This document shows positions 11,117-24,170 of a stretch of 64,000 nt of DNA, piece by piece. The position numbers and the translations under genes were made by a program. Numbering within the stretch: the stretch's first letter is position 1; every line of letters starts with the position of its first letter. The notes below the pieces were generated by a model. That model was not told where the DNA came from. It saw only the letters and a program-made list of their open reading frames with translations, and did not search any database. This stretch comes from Lama glama. Its lineage: Eukaryota. The stretch is taken from assembly GCA_028534125.1 (NCBI GenBank), contig CM052818.1, positions 21,144,001 through 21,208,000 on the forward strand, in the 5' to 3' direction.

Positions 11117-13569
11117 CATCTTTTTTCTTTTTCTTCAAACAACATTTTTAATGGAATCTATCGTACTTTATCTTCTATAGCTTGGCTTTTCCCCCTATGT
11201 CATTAAATATTCTTCAAAGCACTTTTAATGGCTGTCCTATTTCATCTCAGGAATTATGGTAATTTATTTAACCACGCTCAGAAGGATTACTTCTGTAAAC
11301 TATTTTTTTTTTTAATCCAGGCTCCTAGGTCAGAACCACCAGGGCGGGGGGTGGGGGGAAGACTCCTTCAGAGCTACTGACCCTCCTGCCCCAACCCTCC
11401 CGGCATCCATTCCCCTCAGCCTGCGCCTGCCTCCCTCCTTCCTCAGCTGGAATCAATCGCCCTCCCTTCCGGCCCATCCCTCCCACCCCCTAACGTCAAT
11501 CAACCAAGGAGCCACTGCTAGGTGCCCAGCCCAGTGCCAGCAGCTCAAGGGTGCCTGCAAGAAGAGGGTTTGACCTGCCTTCAGTGACCTGGTTCTCTAT
11601 CTGGGTATGTAAACCACACGCAATAAGAACCAGGGAGGCGGCGCACTGACGGGGGGGTGCTCAGAAAATCAGAAAGGATGGGTTCGTGGGAACTGTGTTC
11701 CCTGGTGCACTGGAAACAAGGACAGGAGGTTGCTGGGGTGGGGAAGGGGGGTATCGGAGGGAGCAGGGTGTACCCGAACTGGCTGGGCACATGGAGTCCG
11801 GGAGGAGCAGGAGGGGCTGCTTGGAGGGGCTAATGTGGCAGGAGCACAGCTGTGAGCCCTTGTGGGGTCAGGGTCCTGCTGGGGTCTGAGGTGAAGCCAT
11901 CCTCTGCTCCACAGCCTGCCTTGGGCCAGATTGGGGGGGCCCAGCTTGGAACTAATGCCCCTGGTGGCCGGGGGCAATCATTTCAAAATGAAGGTAATGA
12001 TCCAATTAGTGGTTATCCATCAAGTTCAGTTATCTTTCCTTGGGCTGGAGAGCAGAGAAGCTGAGTAAACACGTGCCTTGGACTGTGACATAAAACCAGA
12101 CCCCCTCGTGCTGGAAAATGAGTTCAAGATGCGGGCCGAGCTGCCTCTCAGGGCCTGCAGGTTAGCGTCTCCGTGGCCCAGAGAGGCAGGGGAGCCACCA
12201 AGCTCACAAGGAGCAGGGTCTGTGAGACCACAGCGCCCGCCCTCCACCCCCTACCCCACTGTGAGGAGCCGTGGGTCTGGGAAATAGCCTCAAACCACAG
12301 CCAGTGTCCGACCTGCGTCCCAGTCAGAGGGCTGCAGTTTTGCTCAGCCCTGGCCCCAAGCCCCCAACTCTGAAGTTCCCGAAGCATCACCGGCTCACCC
12401 TCCTCTCTGCATTCACATCTATGCAGCTCATTTCCACATTGTGCTCCAGGTGAGCCTCCTTATTTAGCCTGTAAGTTCCCTGAAGACAAGGGATTTCTGT
12501 ATCTTCTCAGGACAGAATTGACAGTTGGAAGGCACAGCGGGGAGTCATCTCCAATGTCTCACTTCAAAACGAGGAACAGAGGCCAGGGCTGGGAAGTGAC
12601 TGTGAAAACCCTCTCACTCACTGAACATCCTCTTGCCCTCTCTCGCCCTCATCCCCCTCCCAGAGAAGGGCACCAGCCATCACTTCCAGCAAACACTCCT
12701 AAACTGTCTGGCCATCCCTGGGCCTTCCCCTCACTCACCCCATCTTCTGAAAGCCCTGAAATTCTGTTAAAATCAAGTTTGGAATTGGTCCCAGTCTTTC
12801 CTTGTCATGGTACCCACTCCCTGCTTAGGCTGTTGGAGAAGGCATTATGGGGTGATCCTGCTCCATCATTTCCCACTCAGAGTCTCATGAGGCCATTTGT
12901 GCTGCCTCCCCACCCAATATTTAGAAATTATTTTGCAGAATACAACCCAAACCTGGCACTGACTTGGCTCAGCGTGGCCTGCCCACCCCAACGCACCCTT
13001 GCTCCTCTCAGTAGCCAGACTTTACAGGGACCATTGAATAACATGCCCTTCTCTCCACCGATCTGGAGAGATCAGAGAATGACCTCACTAAGATGGGACC
13101 ACCACCAGCCCCTCTGTGCTCTGTTCTTCACAATGAACCATGAAGTGGAGGGACCCTTCTACCCATCCTGGAACCTGTCTATCCAGTCATGACCCGGCCT
13201 CCAAGCTCTTCAGAGGAGATGGCACATGAGCCCAGCCCTGAGGCCTGCCCCCTTCTGTAGCAAGATTGTAGGAACTGAGGCACAGGGCCCCCCAGTCTGC
13301 AGAAGTTTTCTAGTGAATTCGTTGCTCCTTCCTCTTGGCCTGGTGAGTGCTCAGTGACCTTGGGTGGCCCTCTCTGCTCTGGGACATATGGGCCTGCCTT
13401 CAAATGGGCCAGTTTTCCTTGTGTGTTCATCTAACACTGATCCCATCTTAATATTAACTGCAATATGTTTTTTAAAAGTATCGAGTTTTCTCTTCCTGGT
13501 CCCTCTTCTGTCCCCTCCACTCAGTTTCTACCTATGAATGGTGTTAAGGTTGTGTCTAGTTCTTTTTTT

Positions 13570-14125
13570 TTTTTTGGCACGTTGTCCAGTTGTTCCCACA
13601 CCATTCATTTTTCTCTCTTTGCTCCACTGAATTGCCTTTGCTCTTTTGTCAGATCTCAGGTGACTAAATTTATGTGGGTCTATTTCTGGGCTCTCTATTC
13701 TCGCCCACTGATCTATTTGTTCTTTCACCAAGACCACATTGTCCTGATTACTGTAGCTTTATAGCAAGTCTTGGCATCAGGCAGTGTCAGCCTTCCAACA
13801 TTGTTCTCTTTCAATATTGTGTTGGCTATTGCGGGTCTTTTGCCTCATCGTATAAATTTTAGAATTAGTTTGCTGATATCCACAAAATAACTTTGCTGGG
13901 ATTTTGATTGGGATTGCACTGAATCTACAGATAAAGTTGTGAAGAACTGACATCTTGTCAGTATTGCGTCTTCTTATCCATGAATATGGAATCTCTCTCC
14001 ATTTATTTGAAGGAAATAGCTTTCATCGTGGTTTAACAACTTTGAGATCCTTCATCAGAGCTTTGTTTTTTTCCTCTTATAGATCTTATACATACGTACT
14101 TTGGTAGACTTATGCCTAAATATTT
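13570..14125 (-). mobile_element. Old L1 (L1M) ORF2-region fragment
   Basis: Minus-strand translation includes QIDQWARIESPEIDPHKFSHL and MKYLGISLPK, both L1 ORF2p-like; GGGATTTTGATTGGGATTGCACTGAATCTACAGAT. Confidence 0.9.
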
Positions 14126-14214
14126 CATTTTTGCTGATGCTACTAGGGGCCTCCTCTGTCTCCTTCCTTCTGTTTCAATCCATGAAAATCCAACCCACCA
14201 CGGGCTACAAAGGT

Positions 14215-14410
14215 GAATCTCAGTTCTGTGACTTGTATGCTGTGTGTCCCTGGGTGAGTGATTTAACTCTTCTTGAGCCTCAGTTTCCTCATCTGTAAGA
14301 TGGTAAAAATAACAAGTACTTGAAGTATTGTTAGGATTAGTAAGATCAAGGGTAGACTCAATCAATGCCTGTCATAAAACAGACCCTCTGCTAAACAGTA
14401 GTGATTATTA
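14215..14410 (+). mobile_element. MIR SINE
   Basis: GAGCCTCAGTTTCCTCATCTGTAAGATGG core. Confidence 0.8.
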
Positions 14411-14421
14411 GTGTTGTTGTT

Positions 14422-14592
14422 GGTTTTTGGTTGTTACTTTTTTTTTTGCTTGTTTTCGGTCTTTTTTATTTGGGGGGGGTGGAATTAGATTTATTTATTT
14501 ATGTATTTATTTTAATGGAGGTACTGGGGATTGAACCTAGGACCTCATGCACGCTAAGCATGTGCTCTACCACTGAGCTGTACCCTCCCCCA
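14422..14592 (-). mobile_element. tRNA-derived SINE, camelid Vic-1-like, with 12-bp TSD
   Basis: Reverse strand GGGGAGGGTACAGCTCAGTGGTAGAGCACATGCTTAGCGTGCATGAGGTCCTAGGTTCAATCCCCAGTACCTCC with a long A-rich tail. TSD AGTGTTGTTGTT (14410-14421) / AGTGTTGTCGTT (14595-14606). Confidence 0.85.
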
Positions 14593-17547
14593 ACAGTGTT
14601 GTCGTTTTAATAATATTTCCAATACCACCTCTTCCATGATGCTGCTCCTCAGTGCTTCATCTGAAATCATACCAATTGCATTTTTCTTAGAGAAGTTTCC
14701 ACGTGGTAATGGCACTGAGGGAGCTAAGAGAATAGGCAAGGTGGGAAAATTTTTTATAAGTTAAGTGAAAAACTGAGGGTTATTCAATAATGGCTTGATG
14801 ATTGAATGAGTAAACCCAGGAGACAAATGGGTTTCATCTTAAGTGGTAACATGATTTGGAAAGGTATTGTTTGAAGCACAAGGTAATAGTGCTGTGATTA
14901 ACTAATGGTGTCTGCTATGAGCAGGAAACTCTATGTAATGTGTTTGCCAATGGTAGGATAAACTATAGATCTATAGGATATTATTAACTGGATGTGGCTG
15001 CCAGAGATGTTCCATCAAAACTCCTCATTTCATAGGTGAAGACATTACAGTATATGCCAGATGTAGAGTTGTGTAAATTTCCTTTCTTCTTTCCTTCCTT
15101 CTTTCTTTTATTTTCTTTCTTTCTTCCTCTCTCTCTCTCTCTTTCTCTCTTTCATCATTTGGCAATTTCTTTAAATACATATAGCTGTGTCCCAGAGGAA
15201 TTAGGATATAGTAAGTTATATAGTTATCAACTACAGTTCCCTTCTATGTTCTTTTTTCCTCAAGTAAAACCGCAGAATATTCTACAACCTTGGAATCTAG
15301 AAGGGGAAAAGTAATGAATGCTTATCATGGTCTCAAGAAAGACAAGTCAATGTATAAAACCATCAAATGAACAAAGCATGTGTATTACTCCTGCAGAAGA
15401 GGGATGAGAGAGAGTTTACGAGAGAGAAGGAACCCCTGGCCCATGAGAATCTAAAGCCTGCCAGCGCTGTAGCCTGGAGAAGTCTAGTGTCTAGGTACTT
15501 CAGCCAGAGAGGACTCAGTCAGTACCCAGAAGGATGGTTGGTCAAAGGGTGAGGGATGTAGGAGACCAGTCAGTGGCTTTGTTGTCCTGAGACCTGGTTC
15601 CCATGGGAGTTCAGGAGGTTCCGGTGGAAGGACTGTGCTGCAGGTGAGGTCATCCACACACCTCCTCCCCGGGCTGCAGCCACCATCTATGCAACACTCG
15701 GAGATTATCAAGCACTTAACCTGCCTCGGCATTTGGTCCTCTCCACAACCTTCTGAGGTAGAAGATATTACCTCCACCTCATGTGTAAGGACTGAGGTTT
15801 AGATAAGTGAATTTCCCCAGGACAACACAGACAGTGGCAGAGCCAAGATGGGCATGCAGGAATTCTGACTCCAAATCCTTATGCTAGTCCACACTGTTTG
15901 ATGGTCCTGCTTCCACTCCAAGCATGGGGGAGTTGTCCTCTTGAATTCTGGCCCCCTTTGATTCTGCTGACAGTTTGTTTCCACGGTTGCTGAGGCCAGG
16001 TCTCTGAGAAGAATGTTTCTGCTCAGACTATTCCCGATTAGCCCACTGGAGAGCCCCTACTTCCTGAGGGAGACTCCCACAAGGAAGATGAAAACCCCGA
16101 AGCCCCATTTTGGGGCAGATCTCACGGGCTCTGGGCTGCCGGCTGTCCGTGAGGAGGGAGCGCCGTGTCCCCCTAGCCAGCCCTTACTTGTTGACTTTTG
16201 TTGGTATGTATTCTCTGCATGATCCAATCATATTAATCTGCTTCAAGCAGCCTATAAAATAAAGACAATTGCAACGCCATAAGGAATAGCATATCCCCAA
16301 CCATAAATAAATTAGGGCTCTAATTCCTTCAAGGCATGTGGGTGACATCACACACTGTGAGAGCAGAGCTTGGACAGGCTGTTCACAGAGCCACGAGTCT
16401 GAGATGGAACTACTATCTTCGTTTATTTACGTCTTCTGGTGGCTAGGTTGCTGTGACAGATGATTTCTGAAAAGTCTGGTCCCTCCAGATTATGACCTCA
16501 TGTTCTGCTCTTCCCCTCCTCCTCCCCCTACTTTTCCCTCCCCCATTCCCTCTCTCCCACCTCTTTTCCTTTCTTGTTTCTGTCTCACATCCCCAGGCAT
16601 TTCCCACATTGCATTTTATTTTCTCTGTGCTCCTGGTGAAGAACAGAAGGAGGGAAGCGCCTAGCACTGAGAAACGATGGCAAATTCCAGATGCAGAGGA
16701 GAGGCCTCCAAGAAGTGGGGGAGGCACAGGAAGAATGAATCTCTCCTGCAGTCATGATTTGTTGCATTGCCCCAAGGCCATTTATTCATGACCTCTCTAG
16801 GGACATATAGCCTTTCCTTGCTTAAAATTTCAATTTAATTAAATCCACGAGGTATGTTCTTGGATGTCAACCACGTCCTAGGCAACATGGGGCAGTCAGA
16901 ACCATATGGAACCAAGGAATTTCAGAAGCAGACAGGCTTTCAGTGGTCTCCAAGTTAGTTCAACTCCTCATCTTACAAACGAGGGACCCAAGACCCAGAG
17001 AAATAAAGTGACTTTTTCCAAACTCACGTGGCTAATTAATGACAAAGCCAAGTCTAGAGACTGCTGAAAAAGTGGGAAACCTTAGGAATGTCCGCCAGGG
17101 CCTTACAGCCTCATCAGAGAAGACAGACATCTTCAGAAGAGTTAGCTAATAACAGGAGAGAATACTTGATCAGAGCCAAACTGAGAATGACAAAAACTGA
17201 ATTTGAGGAAGGAAGGAAGCAATATTGGCGGGCAAGTTTGGGACAGATCTCACGGAGGAAGCAGCAGTTGAGTTGGATGCTGAAGGGGAGATGGGATCTT
17301 GCTTGGCAGAGATCAGAAGGGAAGGCATTGTGGGTAACGAAACAGCCTGAGCCAAATAATAAGCCTGAGGGTGGGGGTAAGCATTGCCTGCACACACAAG
17401 TTCATTGGGACTCCAGTGGCAAAGAGGGGGTCAATATCAAAACTTGATACAGCAGAGGACTCTGGACTTAACCCTGAGGTCAACTGTGGGAACTGGAAGT
17501 TCTTGAACAAGAAGCAATAAATGAAAGCATGCTTTAGAGCTTTGCGA

Positions 17548-17705
17548 TGCAAAATGTGGTCTGGGGACAACCAGCACCCGACTTGGGAGCTTTTCTAGAA
17601 AAGCCCCATCTCAGTCCCACCCAAGGCCTGCTGAAACAAAACTACATTGTAGCTAGATCCCCAAGCGCCTCACCAGACACATCAATGTTGGAGAAGCTCT
17701 GCTGT
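17548..17705. mobile_element. MER5A-like hAT MITE
   Basis: CAAAATGTGGTC...CTTGGGAGCTT...AGATCCCCAAG...GTTGGAGAAGCTCTGCT. Confidence 0.6.
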
Positions 17706-18887
17706 AAGAAAACTGGCGAAGTGTGAATGCCGCTTCTTGGTTTTTCCAGAGTTGTTCCCTAGTGATGCTAACTTTTCCCTGACCAAGGATGACTTAGCAA
17801 ATGTTATTTACTCAGACATTCTTGCAAAGGGAGAGACACTAACAGACTGTTTTCACAGAGTGAAGTGTTCATGAATACTGTTTAACAGTTGATGAAGATA
17901 ACAGTATTAGATTTTTGAACACAATTAAATGTTTCTTCATTTTCATCATGCTGTGCTCTTTTTCGTGTTTTGGAGCCCACGGAGTTTCTTCTGATGATCA
18001 GACATGTTTTGAGCTCTTGAAAAGCTCTTGGACTTTAGAATCTAATGGATAAAACAGGCTGTGATGGGTTCTGCAGGAGTGAGGACCCCCACATAATTCA
18101 GGGCAGCTTCCTGGGGAGGTAGCAGGACCTCAGCAGGAAAGATGAGTGGGACCCCACCCCATCCAAGACCCCCGCCCCATGCCTCCAGACTTCAAGGGAA
18201 CACTCAGGCCTGGAGTCACTAAGGGTTGAAGGCTCTTCCCCTTCTCCAGGCACCACATAAACCAGATCCTGGTACCGCCTGGGTCCAGGTGGGAGGTGGA
18301 GCCAACAATGAGTAAACTTCCCACTAGCCCACAGGATGAGGGCTGAGAGCTGGAATTAAGTTGATTTAAAGAACATACAAAGTGGTGTGTGTGTGTGCCT
18401 GAGTTTATAGACCAAGATGAATACTTGCTATATTTCCTTTAAAAAAAAAATCTCCTCCCATGGCCTCCTCCAGAGGGAGGAGAGATTGATGTGGAGCCCC
18501 CCTCAACCCCACCACCAAACCAAACCACAAAGTGTGTGCCGACTCTGGGTCAGAGCGTCCTCTCCCAGTGACCATCTTGAAGCGCTTTCAAAGGCAGAAG
18601 TTCCACCTGGGGCCCTTCTGCCCTAGCTGACTTGCTTTGGTCTTCTGGGGACGGTTGCCCAGCGAGGAACGGGGCCTGGGGGTGTCTATCTGCCTCTCTC
18701 CGCAGGCCATCTGGGAGCAGCAAGGCGAGGGGCTGCCTGTGAGTCTGCTCCTTGGCTGGGCCCCCCAATGGGCTGCATTCTTTGAAGCACCGGGCCCTGT
18801 GGTTCCCCTCCCCTCAGAGAGACCACCACAGTGAGGAAGTCTTCTGCAGCAATGGGAACCTTGCTGGGAGCCTCCTCTCTTAATTTC

Positions 18888-19175
18888 ATCTTTTTAAAAT
18901 TGATATTTAATTCACATACCACAAAATCCACCCTTTTAAAGTGTACTATTCAGTGATTTTAAGTATAGCCCCAAGATTGTGTAATCGCCACTACCTAATT
19001 CCAGAACATTTCCAACACCCCAAAAAAGAAACCCATGTCCGTTAGCCATCTCTCCCCTTCCCCCCACCCAGCCCCTGGCAACTGCTACTGTTTTCTGTAT
19101 CTGTGGATTTGCCTCTTCTGGACTTTTTATGTCAATGGAATTATACAATATGTGGCCATTTGTGTCTGGCCTCTC
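18888..19175 (-). mobile_element. Old L1M 3' end
   Basis: ATTCACATACCACAAAATCCACCCTTTTAAAGTGTAC...CCCAGCCCCTGGCAACTGCT...GTGGATTTGCCTCTTCTGGAC...ATGGAATTATACAATATGTGG. Confidence 0.85.
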
Positions 19176-19829
19176 TTCCCTTTTATCTTGCCCTAGGTAA
19201 TTTCTTATGAAGGTCTAGAAGTTGCCAGTCTGAGAAAGATGATAATAGTCCTGGAGGAAATTCTCCTAAGAAAAGCCATTGGCCTTTCTCTTCCTGAGTG
19301 TTCCTCGGGGCGGTTCCTCCAGACCCCACATCCTTGCTGGGACTCTACTGAAGGGACAGGTCAACGAATGTAAACCTGTTTCGCTTGAGGGCTGAGGATC
19401 CAACCCTGGGCTTACACTACAGAGCGGGGGCTGGCTACTGGCACAGAAAGTAGCTCTGCTCAATTATGGCCATGGCCATTTCATATAAAACATTTGAACA
19501 ACCCTTCAGAGTATAAAAATGCCTCCTCAGTTGATCGTAACTATGGAAAGAAAGGGTGAGAGACTTGCCCAAGGTCGTGGAGGTAGGAGGCAGTAAAGGC
19601 AGGGTTCCAATTCGGGACTTGTGTTCCAGGGCTTTCCCGGTCCTCTGCTTCCGTGTTTCTTAACGACTCTGATGGCACTTTGGGTGGTCTAGACGACCCC
19701 TGCAGTGCTGACCGGCAGCCTCTTCCTTTTCTTTCTCCGCCACCCCAACCCCACCTCCCTGAGCGTCCCTCTTTCTACATCCTGCAATTGCCCCAGTGGT
19801 CCACGAACATTGCTAACAGTCCTGCTAAC

Positions 19830-20012
19830 ACTGAGGGCGCATGCTTTTTTCTCCAACTTTCTGGCTGTGATCTTGAGAAAGTTATTGAACCACTTGTGCC
19901 TCAGTTTCTTCATTTTACAAGTGAGGATAATATTGGTACCTACCTTTTAAGGCTGATAATTGATTCATGTAAAGAGCTTAGAACAATACCATAGTGAGCA
20001 TTCGATAAATGA
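19830..20012 (+). mobile_element. MIR SINE
   Basis: GTGCCTCAGTTTCTTCATTTTACAAGTGAGGATAAT...GTAAAGAGCTTAGAACA. Confidence 0.75.
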
Positions 20013-21951
20013 TAGACTCGTTTTGTGTTGTATGTATTTGTATTTCTCCTGCTGCTGTGTTAAAAAACTGTTTGTGCATATTAAATCTTGGATAAAAGAG
20101 ATGTTCATAAATACTGGAGGAAGGAAGGAAGGAAAGAAGGAGTGAAGGAAGGAAAAGATAAAGGGTGGAAGGAAGAGAGGAAGTGAGGGATTTACAGTAG
20201 CTTCTAAATACAGAACAAAGATGGATCTGCAGCTAGGTTTTCTTTTTGCTTTCAAAATATCTTCACGTACACACCAAGAGAAGATTTCTGTAGGGCAGAA
20301 AAGACAAATCCATTGGCAAATTATGAAATTCGCTTGAAGTTGCAAACAGAAAGGCTAGGGTGGGTCCTCTTTGTGGTTAGCATTGGAAGATCAATACTCA
20401 ATCCTTTCCAATGCACTCTCATATCTAAACCTGCAGTTACTCTTGATTACATCAATTGCCATTTTATTAGATTCTCCTTTCAGCATCCTAAGGGCCTGGC
20501 TCATTTCATCCTCTGCGTTGGCTGGGTATCAAGTTCGCAGTTGGGTTTATCTCCTTTTCCTCTCCTTGTGATCTCCCTAGTGAAGATCGATGTTCTCGCT
20601 TATAAAATGCACAGCATTTCCTCACATTAGTGTTAGGACTACTTTGCTGATTTCCCTTTAGCTTGTCCACCCTCATGCACCTCATGCTGGAAAATGCTCT
20701 CAGTGTCTGGAGAGAAGGTGTGTTGGGGACAGGGGGAGGCGATGTTATGAGAGGACTGAGATTCCAGACAACCAGGAGGTTCTTTTTCTTGACCCTTCCT
20801 ACATTTACCTGAGTTCCTGGTTCCCAGTGCAGCAGCTAGAGACAGCACTGGATGACATCCCTAAACGGGGCAGAACCTCAGAAGCCTGTTATACCCTTAA
20901 TGCTATTCTGACAGAAGACATCTGGGTTATGGGAAGCCTTTATGTAGCCATATTTGGTCCTTAACGTTCCCATCCTTCCTTCGGTTCCAGCACTGCAAGA
21001 GCTGATTGGACCAGAGGCAGAAACCTGAATCAAGGGCAGCCAATCCAAAAAGTAAGCTGTGCCCATCAGATTCCCTTTCTATGGCATTTGAACCAAGGAA
21101 TGCCAAGCAAAGGATATAATTAGCTATAAAGCTAAAACAGAAGGTTTGTGATGTAAGAAGAAACCAGAGAAGCCATGATAATCTAGTATAAGCCAGAATT
21201 ACATGTGAACGGAAGTAATAAGTAACAGAAGCCAGACTCAAAGAGTTATCAAGAGGAGAATGGAGCCAATACACCAAAAGATGAAGAAATACTGTAAGGG
21301 CGAGAAGCCTGTGCTAGCTCCCTCAGATCTAGACCACATTCTGGTCCAGGCCATCAGTATCCTTAAGATAGGTCTTCTTTTCTACTGAGGTAACCTGAAT
21401 AAGCCATTGTTTCTTACAACCACCAGGACCTAAGCAGCACCTGTTCCTCAGGCCTCTCCGGAGATTGGGAGCCAGGTCTAATGGGGTCCTCAGACCACAG
21501 GCAGTAACAGGGACACTTTCAACTCAAGTCAGTGCTGTGCACTCGGAGCATGGGATTCAAGTTAATCCAGCAAGCATGTAATTGGAGCACCTACCACCAT
21601 GAAGCGCTGTGTGAGTTTTGCAGAGGTAAAGGCAAATAAGAAGGTCCTTGACTTCAAGGAGCTTATGATCCAAATAGGGTGGAAGGGCTGAAGACACACA
21701 CATATTAAGTCAATGCAACCTAGAGCAGATAAATGTGGCAGAGAAGGAAACACAGTGCTTTATGTTGTGGTCATGTTAGGATGTGGGGTTCAGGAAAGGC
21801 TGCTCAACTTTGCTGGGGATGCAAAGGAGAGATGGAGGGGTATTGTGCAGGCTGCTTCTGCAGAGTTTGATGACTGGTTGGGTGTGAGGGGTGGGGAAGA
21901 CAGAGGATGATCCTGAGATTGCAAGTGACATTGTCAACATAAGAGGAGAGA

Positions 21952-22448
21952 TGTTGGATTCAGGACACGCTACCCCAAAATATGGCACCTCAGCATATCT
22001 TAAACTGAAGGAATTTTTTAAAAAGCCAGCAGGAGCAGGAAGGTCACTCTGACCTCCCCCGCTCATGCTTCTTCCCTGATACAGGTCATAAAACGCCCAT
22101 GTGATACATACTCTGCACCAGGAGGAAGGAAGACATTCTTATCACCAGAGACAGGGAATTTGGGGCCAAGGAATCTGTACAAACCTTGTTAAACTCACCC
22201 TTATGTTCCAAGTTTCTTCTCCACCATTTTTCTACCCGGGCCCAAACCCCTCTGTCTTGTTAATTCTTCGCAGATTTATCATTTCTTTGTCTAAAAGGTG
22301 TAAAAGATTCCTGCTCTTTGAGTCTGTACTCTATTTAAAATTCAATAGAATTTGTATGCTTTTTTCCTGTTAATCTGTCTTTGTCAGTTTAATCGTCAGA
22401 CCCAGCCAGGGACCCTAGGAGGTGGAGGAAAACTTTTACTCCCCTACT
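21952..22448 (+). mobile_element. ERV1-class solo LTR (MER34/MER39-like), apparently inserted in an L2 remnant
   Basis: Starts TGTTGGATTCAGGACACGCTACCCCAAAATATGGCACC, contains GCAGGAAGGTCACTCTGACC and TTTTCCTGTTAATCTGTCTTTGTCAGTTT, and ends AAAACTTTTACTCCCCTAC. L2-like flanks at 21560-21950 and 22450-22640. Confidence 0.7.
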
Positions 22449-23197
22449 TTGGGTAGTGGGAAGGAATGGATGGGGTCCAGATTTGGCGTGCTGAATTTGG
22501 GATGCTGGCCAGCAGAGGACATCACAGAGGAGACAGCCACTGAACAACTGGAAGTGTGAGTCTGGGATTTAAGAGAAAGGGCAGATTAGGAATCTGGAGG
22601 AAGGAGTCATCTGCAGAGAAGTAAAACTGGGCAACTAAGCAGGGAGAAGGGAGGAGGGGAAAACTAAGCAGGGATGGCACATGGAGCTGGCAGGAGGGAG
22701 GAGCATGGCAAGTGAAATGAGCTGAGTGGAGCAAAGAGGAACATAGAGGAGAGGAGAGCATCTCAATGAGAAAGGTGAATAGGGTACCAGCTGAGCTGGC
22801 TGTTGGACCAGTGGGCAGGGGAGGAAGGGAAGGAGGGAAAGGGCAGTCATTTGAGAGTCTTGAACAATGGAGTTGGAGGGAACTAGGAAAGAAGAAGGAG
22901 GGGAAATGGTAGAGTGGATGTCAAACAGCTGAACCCCAGGGGACAGCAAGCAGGCATCTACTAACCTCATCCCACACACATCGTGGGGTTTGGAGCAGAC
23001 TGTAGGTGATGGGGAGGAGAGGATGAGACCCACAGACAAAGCTCCTGAACAGGGAGGGAGTATAATGGGTCATAGGCTGAAAACCTTTGTTTCCCACGAA
23101 GATTTAACCTTCTCCAAACGCATCTCATAGCAACCCCCATAGACTAATATTTAAAAAGTATTATTTCTGGATTTTCTAATTTTATAAATAAAAGTTT

Positions 23198-23480
23198 CTG
23201 TGTTTTGTTTTTATTTTTTTAATTGGACTATAGTTGATTTACAATGTTATATTAATTTCAGGTGCATAATTAAGCGATTTGATATTTTTATAGATTACAC
23301 TCCACTTAAAGTTATTATGAAATATTGGCTATATTCCCTGTGCTGTATGTTACATCCTTGTATCTTACTTATTTTATACTTAGTCGTTTGTACCTCTTAA
23401 TCCTCTTCCCTTATCTTGCCCCTCCATCACCCCCACTGGTAGGCACTGGTTTGTTCTCTATAAGTCTGTTTCTGCTTATA
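23198..23480 (-). mobile_element. L1 3' end (younger, laurasiatherian/artiodactyl-type)
   Basis: TTTTTTAATTGGACTATAGTTGATTTACAATGTT...TTGGCTATATTCCCTGTGCTGTA...GTTTGTACCTCTTAATCC. Confidence 0.85.
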
Positions 23481-23669
23481 TTTCAGGTTCCTTGTTTTAA
23501 CAAAAAAAAGGATTCAAATAAGGCAAAAGTCTATAAAGTAACAAGTGAAAGTATGCCATAAACCCTCCTTCCCTAAAGATAAACACCATATATTTTTTCC
23601 AGAACAGTCTATGCACATGAAAACAAAATTCACTCTCTTTCCAGAAATAAATAAATAAATAAAAGCATG

Positions 23670-23704
23670 CACGCGTGCGCACACACGCACACACACACAC
23701 ACAC
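23670..23704. repeat. (CA)n/(CG) alternating purine-pyrimidine microsatellite
   Basis: CACGCGTGCGCACACACGCACACACACACACACAC. Confidence 0.85.
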
Positions 23705-23724
23705 TGATGGGCAACTTGTTTTTT

Positions 23725-24170
23725 TTTTAGCATATTGTGAACTTTTTCCCGGATGGGCACATATAGATCCACTTCATCTTTTTTCAATAATCACAGTGTT
23801 CCATCGTGTTGGTTATGGAATTACCGTAGTTTAACTAATTCCCTAATGATGAAGAGTTAGGGGGCTTCCAACTTTATGCTATTATAAATAATGTAATGAA
23901 TATATCTATTTTTTTCCACAATTGTGTGAGTATTTCCATGGGATAAATTCCTGTATGTAGAATTCCTGGTTCAAAGGGTACATACATTTTAATTTTTATA
24001 GACAATGCCAAATTGCTCTCCAAAAAAATGTTGTGCCAGTTTACTCTTCTGTCCCCAGCATAGAAGTGCCTATTTTCCCCACCTTTTTTCCAGACTGGAT
24101 ATTAACAGTCTTTGTCAACTTTCTTACTCTGATAGGAAAATTCTAAATTTGCCATTGTTTTACTTTGCAT
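23725..24170 (-). mobile_element. Old L1M(E)-type fragment
   Basis: GGATAAATTCCTG...GGTTCAAAGGGTACATACATTTTAATTTTTATAGACAATGCCAAATTGCTCTCCAAAAAAA. Confidence 0.7.

Noticed and set aside
12518..13192. 224-aa ORF
   Set aside because: TTG start, P/L/S-rich random-looking translation, probably over degenerate repeat sequence.
14515..14592. tRNA-like sequence (also 10545-10615)
   Set aside because: It has an A-rich tail, a TSD and diverged stems, so it is a SINE head rather than a tRNA gene.
14610..15520. AT-rich stretch that may be an old transposon or a conserved element
   Set aside because: I could not assign it to a family or find convincing motif structure.
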